From Antedon mediterranea (taxonomy: Eukaryota; Animalia; Echinodermata), in NCBI RefSeq assembly GCF_964355755.1, contig NC_092678.1, positions 10,476,352 to 10,540,351 on the forward strand: DNA of 64,000 nucleotides. Direction: 5' to 3'. The position numbers and the translations under genes were made by a program. The notes beneath the pieces were generated by a model. The model saw only the letters and a list, made by a program, of their open reading frames with translations, searched no databases and had not been told where the DNA came from. Below, piece after piece: positions 53,801 through 64,000 of this stretch (its first letter is position 1; every line of letters starts with the position of its first letter).

Positions 53801-56800
53801 CAAAATGGTCTAAAACGTCTCCAAATGCGATTTGAAGCTTTTCCAAGCACTTTGCTGTTTTTATGTTAACAAGTTTTTTCGAAAATCACAAAATGGCCTA
53901 AAACGTCTCAAAATGCGATTTCAAGGTATTCTGAGCACTTTGGTGTTTTTGTGTGAAAGGTTTTAACGAAATGCTCAAAATGGTCTAAAACGGTTTCTAA
54001 TGTGATTTAAAGCACTTTGATGTTTTTGTATAACCAAGTTTCATCGAAATGCACAAAATGGTCTAAAACGTCTCCAAATGCGATTTGAAGCTTTTCTAAG
54101 CACTTTGCTGTTTTTATGTTAACAAGTTTTTTCGAAAATCACAAAATGGTCTAAAACGTCTCCAAATGCGATTTGAAGATATTCTGAGCACTTTGGTGTT
54201 TTTATGTTAAAAAGTTTTTTCGAAAATCACAAAATGGTCTAAAACGTCTCCAAATGCGATTTGAAGATATTCTGAGCACTTCGGTGTTTTTATGTTAAAA
54301 AGTTTTTTCGAAAATCACAAAATGGTCTAAAACGTCTCCAAATGCGATTTGAAGCTATTCTGTACACTTTGATGTTTTGTGTGAAAAAGTTTTGTCGAAA
54401 TGCTCAAAATGGTCTAAAACGTTTTTAAAACGATATTAAGCTATTTTGTGCTCTTTGATGTTTTTCTGTAACCAAGTTTTATCGAAATGAACAAAATGGT
54501 CTAAAACGTCTCCAAATGCGATTTGAAGCTTTTCCAAGCACTTTGCTGTTTTTATGTTAACAAGTTTTTTCGAAAATCACAAAATGGTCTAAAACGTCTC
54601 AAAATGCGATTTGAAGGTATTCTGAGCACTTTGGTGTTTTTGTGTGAAAAGTTTTAACGAAATGCTCAAAATTGTCTAAAACGGTTTCTAATGTGATTTT
54701 AAGCACTTTGATGTTTTTGTAAAACCAAGTTTCATCGAAATGAACAAAATGGTCTAAAATGTCTCCAAATGCGATTTGAAGCTTTTCCAAGCACTTTGCT
54801 GTTTTTATGTTAACAAGCTTTTTCGAAAATCACAAAATGGTCTAAAACGTCTCCAAATGCGATTTGAAGATATTCTGAGCACTTTGGTGTTTTTATGTTA
54901 AAAATTTTTTTCGAAAATCACAAAATGGTCTAAAACGTCTCCAAATGCGATTTGAAGATATTCTGAGCACTTTGGTGTTTTTATGTTAAAAAGTTTTTTC
55001 GAAAATCACAAAATGGTCTAAAACGTCTCCAAATGCGATTTGAAGCTATTCTGTACACTTTGATGTTTTGTGTGAAAAAGTTTTGTCGAAATGCTCAAAA
55101 TGGTTTAAAACGTTTTTAAAACGATATTAAGTTATTTTGTGCTCTTTGATGTTTTTGTGTAACCAAGTTTCATCGAAATGAACAAAATGGTCTAAAACGT
55201 CTCCAAATGCGATTTGAAGCTTTTCCAAGCACTTTGCTGTTTTTATGTTAACAAGTTTTTTCGAAAATCACAAAATGGTGTAAAACGTCTCAAAATGCGA
55301 TTTGAAGGTATTCTGAGCACTTTGGTGCTTTTGTGTGAAAAGTTTTAACGAAATGCTCAAAATGGTCTAAAACGGTTCTAATGTGATTTTAAGCTATTCT
55401 AGACACTTTGATGTTTTGTGTGAAAAAGTTTTCTCGAAATGCTCAAAATGGTCTAAAACGTTTTCCAATACCATATTAAGCTATTTTGTGCAATTTGATG
55501 TTTTTGTGTAACCAAGTTTTTTGAAATGCGATTTGAAGATATTCTGAGGACTTTGGTGTTTTTATGTTAAAAAGTTTTTTCGAAAATCACAAAATGGTCT
55601 AAAACGTCTCCAAATGCGATTTGAAGATATTCTGAGCACTTTGGTGTTTTTATGTTAAAAAGTTTTTTCGAAAATCACAAAATGGTCTAAAACGTCTCCA
55701 AATGCGAGTTGAAGCTATTCTGTACACTTTGATGTTTTGTGTGAAAAAGTTTTGTCGAAATGCTCAAAATGGTCTAAAACGTTTTTAAAACGATATTAAG
55801 CTATTTTGTGCTCTTTGATGTTTTTGTGTAACCAAGTTTTTTCGAAAATCACAAAATGGTCTAAAACGTCTCCAAATGCGATTTGAAGCTTTTCTAAGCA
55901 CTTTGGTGTTTTTATGTTAACAAGTTTTTTCGCAAATCACAAAATGGTCTAAAACGTCTCCAAATGCGATTTGAAGATATTCTGAGCACATTGGTGTTTT
56001 TATGTTAAAAAGTTTTTTCGAAAATCACAAAATGGTCTAAAACGTTTCCAAATGCGATTTGAAGCTCTTCTGTACACTTTGATGTTTTGTGTGAAAAAGT
56101 TTTTTCGAAATGCTCAAAATGGTCTAAAACGTTTTTAAATACGATATTAAGCTGTTTTGTGCACTTTGATGGTTTGTGTGAAAAGTTTTAACGAAATGCT
56201 CAAAATGGTCAAAAACGGTTTCTAATGTGATTTTAAGCACTTTGATGTTTTTGTGTAACCAAGTTTTTTCGAAAATCACAAATTGGTCTAAAACGTCTCC
56301 AAATGCGATTTGAAGCTTTTCTAAACACTTTGGTGCTTTTATGTTAACAAGTTTTTTCGAAAATCACAAAATGGTCTAAAACGTCTCCAAATGCGATTTG
56401 AAGCTTTTCTAAACACTTTGGTGTTTTTATGTTAACAAGTTTTTTCGAAAATCACAAAATGGTCTAAAACGTCTCCAAATGCGATTTGAAGATATTCTGT
56501 ACACTTTGATGTTTTGTGTGAAAAAGTTTTCTCGAAATGCTCAAAATGGTCTAAAACGTTTTCCAATACCATATTAAGCTATTTTGTGCAATTTGATGTT
56601 TTTATGTAACCAAGTTTTTTGAAATGCGATTTGAAGATATTCTGAGCACTTTGGTGTTTTTATGTTAAAAAGTTTTTTCGAAAATCACAAAATGGTCTAA
56701 AACGTCTCCAAATGCGATTTGAAGATATTCTGAGCACTTTGGTGTTTTTATGTTAAAAAGTTTTTTCGAAAATCACAAAATGGTCTAAAACGTCTCCAAA

Positions 56801-59800
56801 TGCGATTTGAAGCTATTCTGTACACTTTGATGTTTTGTGTGAAAAAGTTTTGTCGAAATGCTCAAAATGGTCTAAAACGTTTTTAAAACGATATTAAGCT
56901 ATTTTGTGCTCTTTGATGTTTTTGTGTAACCAAGTTTTTTCGAAAATCACAAAATGGTCTAAAACGTCTCCAAATGCGATTTGAAGCTTTTCTAAGCACT
57001 TTGGTGTTTTTATGTTAACAAGTTTTTTCGAAAATCACAAAATGGTCTAAAACGTCTCAAAATGCGATTTGAAGGTATTCTGAGCACTTTGGTGTTTTTG
57101 TGTGAAAAGTTTTAACGAAATGCTCAAAATGGTCTAAAACGGTTTCTAATGTGATTTTAAGCACTTTGATGTTTTTGTGTAACCAAGTTTTTTCGAAAAT
57201 CACAAAATGGTCTAAAACGTCTCCAAATGCGATTTGAAGCTATTCTGTACACTTTGATGTTTTGTGTGAAAAAAGTTTTGTCGAAATGCTCAAAATGGTC
57301 TAAAACGTTTTTAAAACGATATTGAGCTATTTTGTGCTCTTTGATGTTTTTGTGTAACCAAGTTTTATCGAAATGAACAAAATGGTCTAAAACGTCTCCA
57401 AATGCGATTTGAAGCTTTTCCAAGCACTTTGCTGTTTTTATGTTAACAGGTTTTTTCGAAAATCACAAAATGGTCTAAAACGTCTCAAAATGCGAATTGA
57501 AGGTATTCTGAGCACTTTGGTGTTTTTGTGTGAAAAGTTTTAACGAAATGCTCAAAATTGTCTAAAACGGTTTCTAATGTGATTTTAAGCACTTTGATGT
57601 TTTTGTAAAACCAAGTTTCATCGAAATGCACAAAATGGTCTAAAATGTCTCCAAATGCGATTTTAAGCTTTTCCAAGCACTTTGCTGTTTTTATGTTAAC
57701 AAGCTTTTTCGAAAATCACAAAATGGTCTAAAACGTCTCCAAATGCGATTTGAAGATATTCTGAGCACTTTGGTGTTTTTATGTTAAAAAGTTTTTTCGA
57801 AAATCACAAAATTGTCTAAAACGTCTCCAAATGCGATTTGAAGATATTCTGAGCACTTTGGTGTTTTTATGTTAAAAAGTTTTTTCGAAAATCACAAAAT
57901 GGTCTAAAACGTCTCCAAATGCGATTTGAAGCTATTCTGTACACTTTGATGTTTTGTGTGAAAAAGTTTTGTCGAAATGCTCAAAATGGTTTAAAACGTT
58001 TTTAAAACGATATTAAGCTATTTTGTGCTCTTTGATGTTTTTGTATAACCAAGTTTCATCGAAATGCACAAAATGGTCTAAAACGTCTCCAAATGCGATT
58101 TGAAGCTTTTCTAAGCACTTTGCTGTTTTTATGTTAACAAGTTTTTTCGAAAATCACAAAATGGTCTAAAACGTCTCCAAATGCGATTTGAAGATATTCT
58201 GAGCACTTTGGTGTTTTTATGTTAAAAAGTTTTTTCGAAAATCACAAAATGGTCTAAAACGTCTCCAAATGCGATTTGAAGATATTCTGAGCACTTTGGT
58301 GTTTTTATGTTAAAAAGTTTTTTCGAAAATCACAAAATTGTCTAAAACGTCTCCAAATGCGATTTGAAGCTATTCTGTACCCTTTGATGTTTTGTGTGAA
58401 AAAGTTTTGTCGAAATGCTCAAAATGGTCTAAAACGTTTTTAAAACGATATAAAGCTATTTTGTGCTCTTTGATGTTTTTGTGTAACCAAGTTTTTTCGA
58501 AAATCACAAAATGGTCTAAAACGTCTCCAAATGCGATTTGAAGCTTTTCTAAGCACTTTGGTGTTTTTATGTTAACAAGTTTTTTCGAAAATCACAAAAT
58601 GGTCTAAAACGTTTTAAAATGCGATTTGAAGGTATTCTGAGCACTTTGGTGTTTTTGTGTGAAAAGTTTTAACGAAATGCTCAAAATGGTCTAAAACGGT
58701 TTCTAATGTGATTTTAACCACTTTGATGTTTTTGTGTAACCAAGTTTTTTCGAAAATCACAAAATGGTCTAAAACGTCTCCAAATGCGATTTGAAGCTTT
58801 TCTAAGCACTTTGGTGTTTTTATGTTAACAAGTTTTTTCGAAAATCACAAAATGGTCTAAAACGTCTCCAAATGCGATTTGAAGCTATTCTGTACACTTT
58901 GATGTTTTGTGTGAAAAAGTTTCTCGAAATGCTCAAAATGGTCTAAAACGTTTTCCAATACCATATTAAGCTGTTTTGTGCAATTTGATGTTTTTGTGTA
59001 ACCAAGTTTTTTGAAATGCGATATTAAGATATTCTGAGCACTTTGGTGTTTTTATGTTAAAAAGTTTTTTCGAAAATCACAAAATGGTCTAAAACGTCTC
59101 CAAATGCGATTTGAAGATATTCTGAGCACTTTGGTGTTTTTATGTTAAAAAGTTTTTTCGAAAATCACAAAATGGTCTAAAACGTCTCCAAATGCGATTT
59201 GAAGCTATTCTGTACACTTTGATGTTTTGTGTGAAAAAGTTTTGTCGAAATGCTCAAAATGGTCTAAAACGTTTTTAAAACGATATTAAGCTATTTTGTG
59301 CTCTTTGATGTTTTTGTGTAACCAAGTTTTTTCGAAAATCACGAAATGGTCTAAAACGTCTTCAAATGCGATTTGAAGCTTTTCTAAGCACTTTGGTGTT
59401 TTTATGTTAACAAGTTTTTTCGCAAATCACAAATAGGTCTAAAACGTCTCCAAATGCGATTTGAAGATATTCTGAGCACATTGGTGTTTTTATGTTAAAA
59501 AGTTTTGTCGAAATGCTCAAAATGGTCTAAAACGTTTTTAAAACGATATTAAGCTATTTTGTCCTCTTTGATGTTTTTATGTAACCAAGTTTCATCGAAA
59601 TGAACAAAATGGTCTAAAACGTCTCCAAATACGATTTGAAGCTTTTCCAAGCACTTTGCTGTTTTTATGTTAACAAGTTTTTTCGAAAATCACAAAATGG
59701 TCTAAAACGTCTCAAAATGCGATTTGAAGGTATTCTGAGCACTTTGGTGTTTTTGTGTGAAAAGTTTTAACGAAATGCTCAAAATGGTCTAAAACGGTTT

Positions 59801-62800
59801 CTAATGTGATTTTAAGCACTTTGATGTTTTTGTATAACCAAGTTTCATCGAAATTCACAAAATGGTCTAAAACGTCTCCAAATGCGATTTTAAGCTTTTC
59901 TAAGCACTTTGGTGTTTTTATGTTAACAAGGTTTTTCGAAAATCACAAAATGGTCTAAAACGTCTCCAAATGCGATTTGAAGATATTCTGAGCACTTTGG
60001 TGTTTTTATGTTAACAAGTTTTTTCGAAAATCACAAAATGGTCTAAAACGTCTAAAAATACGATATTAAGCTGTTTTGTGCACTTTGATGATTTGTGTGA
60101 AAAGTTTTAACGAAATGCTCAAAATGGTCTAAAACGGTTTCTAATGTGATTTTAAGCACTTTGATGTTTTTATGTAGCCAAGTTTTTTCGAAAATCACAA
60201 AATGGTCAAAAACGTCTCCAAATGCGATTTGAAGCTTTTCTAAGCACTTTGGTTTTTTTATGTTAACAAGTTTTTTCGAAAATCACAAAATGGTCTAAAA
60301 CGTCTTCAAATGCGATTTGAAGATATTCTGAGCACTTTGGTGTTTTTCTGTTAAAAAGTATTTTCGAAAATCACAAAATGGTCTAAAACGTCTCCAAATG
60401 CGATTTGAAGCTATTCTGTACACTTTGATGTTTTGTGTGAAAAAGTTTTGTCAAAATGCTCAAAATGGTCTAAAACGTTTTTAAAACGATATTAAGCTAT
60501 TTTGTGCTCTTTGATGTGTTTGTATAACCAAGTTTTTTCGAAAATCACAAAATGGTCTAAAACGTCTCCAAATGCGATTTGAAGCTTTTCCAAGCACTTT
60601 GCTGTTTTTATGTTAACAATTTTTTTCGAAAATCATAAAATGGTCTAAAACGTCTCCAAATGCGATTTGAAGCTATTCTGTACACTTTGATGTTTTGTGT
60701 GAAAAGTTTTGTCGAAATGCTCAAAATGGTCTAAAACGTTTTTAAAACGATATTAAGCTATTTTGTGCTCTTTGATGTTTTTGTGTAACCAAGTTTCATC
60801 GAAATGAACAAAATGGTCTAAAACGTCTCCAAATGCGATTTGAAGCTTTTCTAAGCACTTTGGTGTTTTTATGTTAACAAGTTTTTTCGAAAATCACAAA
60901 ATGGTCTAAAACGTCTCCAAATGCGATTTGAAGCTTTTCTAAGCACTTTGGTGTTTTTATGTTAACAAGTTTTTTCGAAAATCACAAAATGGTCTAAAAC
61001 GTCTCAAAATGCGATTTGAAGGTATTCTGAGCACTTTGGTGTTTTTGTGTGAAAAGTTTTAACGAAATGCTCAAAATGGTCTAAAACGGTTTCTAATGTG
61101 ATTTTAACCACTTTGATGTTTTTGTGTAACCAAGTTCTTTTCGAAAATCACAAAATGGTCTAAAACGTCTCCAAATGCGATTTGAAGCTCTTCTGTACAC
61201 TTTGATGTTTTGTGTGAAAAAGTTTTGTCGAAATGCTCAAAATGGTCTAAAACGTTTTTAAATACGATATTAAGCTGTTTTGTGCACTTTGATGATTTGT
61301 GTGAAAAGTTTTAACGAAATGCTCAAAATAGTCTATAACGGTTTCTAATGTGATTTTAAGCACTTTGATGTTTTTGTGTAATCAAGTTTTTTTGGAAATC
61401 ACAAAATGGTCTAAAACGTCTCCAAATGCGATTTGAAGCTTTTCTAAGCACTTTGGTGTTTTTATGTTAACAAGTTTTTTCGAAAATCACAAAATGGTCT
61501 AAAACGTCTCAAAATGCGATTTGAAGGTATTCTGAGCACTTTGGTGTTTTTGTGTGAAAAGTTTTAACGAAATGCTCAAAATGGTCTAAAACGGTTTCTA
61601 ATGTGATTTTAACCACTTTGATGTTTTTGTGTAACCAAGTTTTTTCGAAAATCACAAAATGGTCTAAAACGTCTCCAAATGCGATTTGAAGCTATTCTGT
61701 ACACTTTGATGTTTTGTGTGAAAAAAGTTTTGTCGAAATGCTCAAAATGGTCTAAAACGTTTTTAAAACGATATTAAGCTATTTTATGCTCTTTGATGTT
61801 TTTGTGTAACCAAGTTTTTTCGAAAATCACAAAATTGTCTAAAACGTCTCCGAATGCGATTTGAAGCTCTTCTGTACACTTTGATGTTTTGTGTGAAAAA
61901 GTTTTCTCGGAATGCTAAAAATGGTATAAAAACGTTTTCCAATACCATATTAAGCTATTTTGTGCAATTTGATGTTTTTGTGTAACCAAGTTTTTTCAAA
62001 AATCACAAAATTGTCTAAAACGTCTCCGAATGCGATTTGAAGCTCTTCTGTACACTTTGATGTTTTGTGTGAAAAAGTTTTCTCGAAATGCTAAAAATGG
62101 TCTAAAACGTTTTCCAATACCATATTAAGCTATTTTGTGCAATTTGATGTTTTTGTGTAACAAAGTTTTTTCGAAAATCACAAAATGGTCTAAAACGTCT
62201 CCAAATGCGATTTGAAGATATTCTGAGCACTTTGGTGTTTTTATGTTAAAAAGTTTTTTGGAAAATCACAAAATGGTCTAAAACGACTCCAAATGCGATT
62301 TGAAGCTATCCTGTACACTTTGATGTTTTGTGTGAAAAAGTTTTGTCGAAATGCTCAAAATGATCTAAAACGTTTTTAAAACGATATTAAGCTATTTTGT
62401 GCTCTTTGATGTTTTTGTGTATCCAAGTTTCATCGAAATGAACAAAATGGTCTAAAACGTCTCCAAATGCGATTTGAAGGTATTCTGAGCACTTTGGTGT
62501 TTTTGTGTGAAAAGTTTTAACGAAATGCTCAAAATGGTCTAAAACGGTTTCTAATGTGATTTTAACCACTTTGATGTTTTTGTGTAACCAAGTTCTTTTC
62601 GAAAATCACAAAATGGTCTAAAACGTCTCCAAATGCGATTTGAAGCTTTTCTAAGCACTTTGGTGTTTTTATGTTAAAAAGTTTTTTCGAAAATCACAAA
62701 ATGGTCTAAAACGTCTCAAAATGCGATTTGAAGCTCTTCTGTACACTTTGATGTTTTGTGTGAAAAAGTTTTGTCGAAATGCTCAAAATGGTCTAAAACG

Positions 62801-64000
62801 TTTTTAAATACGATATTAAGCTGTTTTGTGCACTTTGATGATTTGTGTGAAAAGTTTTAACGAAATGTTCAAAATAGTCTAAAACGGTTTCTAATGTGAT
62901 TTTAAGCACTTTGATGTTTTTGTGTAACCAAGTTTTTTCGGAAATCACAAAATGGTCTAAAACGTCTCAAAATGCGATTTGAAGCTTTTCTAAGCACTTT
63001 GGTGTTTTTATGTTAACAAGTTTTTTCGAAAATCACAAAATGGTCTAAAACGTCTCAAAATGCGATTGAAGGTATTCTGAGCACTTTGGTGTTTTTGTGT
63101 GAAAAGTTTTAACGAAATGCTCAAAATGGTCTAAAACGGTTCTAATGTGATTTTAAGCACTTTGATGTTTTTGTATAACCAAGTTTCATCGAAATGCTCA
63201 AAATGATGTAAAACGTTTTTAAAACGATATTAAGCTATTTTGTGCTCTTTGATGTTTTTGTGTAACCAAGTTTTTTCGAAAATCACAAAATGGTCTAAAA
63301 CGTCTCCAAATGCGATTTGAAGCTTTTCTAAGCACTTTGGTGTTTTTATGTTAACAAGTTTTTTCGAAAATCACAAAATGGTCTAAAACGTCTCAAAATG
63401 CGATTTGAAGGTATTCTGAGCACTTTGGTGTTTTTGTGTGAAAAGTTTTAACGAAATGCTCAAAATGGTCTAAAACGGTTTCTAATGTGATTTTAACCAC
63501 TTTGATGTTTTTGTGTAACCAAGTTTTTTCGAAAATCACAAAATGGTCTAAAACGTCTCCAAATGCGATTTGAAGCTTTTCTAAGCACTTTGGTGTTTTT
63601 ATGTTAACAAGTTTTTTCGAAAATCACAAAATGGTCTAAAACGTCTCAAATAGCGATTTGAAGCTATTCTGTACACTTTGATGTTTTGTGTTAAAAAAGT
63701 TTTGTCGAAATGCTCAAAATGGTCTAAAACGTTTTTAAAACGATATTAAGCTATTTTGTGCTCTTTGATGTTTTTGTGTAACCAAGTTTTATCGAAATGA
63801 ACAAAATGGTCTAAAACGTCTCCAAATGCGATTTGAAGCTTTTCCAAGCACTTTGCTGTTTTTATGTTAACAAGTTTTTTCGAAAATCACAAAATGGTCT
63901 AAAACATCTCCAAATGCGATTTGAAGATATTCTGAGCACTTTGGTGTTTTTATGTTAAAAAGTTTTTTCGAAAATCACAAAATGGTCTAGAACGTCTCCA
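50847..64000. repeat. Copy 2 of the right-hand super-unit (~13.2 kb), containing ~2.4 kb of additional satellite
   Basis: ORF pairs 41820/52268, 44067/54599, 49463/62387; private variants GGTCTAGAAC (50807/63984), GGTGTAAAAC, GCGAGTTG and GGTATAAAAACG are shared between the copies. Confidence 0.85.

Larger units (their letters stand above)
1..64000. repeat. AT-rich satellite DNA array with 78-88 bp monomers in about 8 sequence classes; single orientation; runs off both window ends
   Basis: The core GGTCTAAAAC recurs at 21, 100, 188, 275, 353, 441, 529, 616 (variant) and so on to 63984, spaced 78-88 bp. Representative L monomer (100-187): GGTCTAAAACGTCTCCAAATGCGATTTGAAGCTTTTCTAAGCACTTTGGTGTTTTTATGTTAACAAGTTTTTTCGAAAATCACAAAAT. 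No non-satellite sequence seen. Confidence 0.98.

Noticed and set aside
675-62569. 21 short minus-strand ORFs (60-88 aa; MEKLQIAFGDVLDHF... and similar)
   Set aside because: They are translations of satellite monomers with non-ATG starts. They persist where 87 and 78 bp (multiple of 3) monomers adjoin and break at 88 bp monomers. No recognisable domain. I used them only as offset markers.
1-64000. CRISPR-like look: a conserved core whose reverse complement GTTTTAGACC resembles the GTTTTAGAGC start of type II-A repeats, with variable intervening sequence
   Set aside because: The would-be spacers are homologous to each other and fall into a few classes repeated dozens of times; there is no leader and there are no cas genes.
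1-64000. Giant repeat-protein gene or frameshift-decoded CDS
   Set aside because: Stops are frequent on both strands, the ORF track shows nothing longer than 88 aa, and 88 bp units and 1 bp indels show no frame conservation.
1-64000. Embedded transposon, inversion, telomeric tract, rDNA or tRNA array
   Set aside because: No strand switch or non-satellite insert was seen, and there are no tRNA, 5S or telomere motifs; the core recurs at monomer spacing throughout except at the 30 bp deletion junctions.

Overview
The whole 64 kb window is one uninterrupted, head-to-tail, AT-rich tandem repeat (satellite DNA), most plausibly eukaryotic (peri)centromeric or heterochromatic DNA; I cannot assign the organism or a named family. 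It has roughly 740 monomers of 78-88 bp, all in one orientation, sharing the core AAAATGGTCTAAAACG. Monomers fall into about 8 classes (my labels, each starting at GGTCTAAAAC): L (GAAGCTTTTC, 88 bp), D (GAAGATATTC, 88), T (GCTATTCTGTACAC, 87), U (GTTTTTAAAACGATATTAAG, 87), G (GAAGGTATTC, 87), S (GGTTTCTAATGTG, 78), and rarer V and W. Class order follows tight succession rules, and the array is hierarchically duplicated: 165-176 bp dimers, 253/350/691 bp units, a 1816 bp 21-mer, and 10-13 kb tandem super-duplications of different ages. I see no genes, RNA genes, transposons or CRISPR array; the ORF track is a by-product of the repeat. All coordinates, offsets and variant counts were read by eye and need confirming by alignment.
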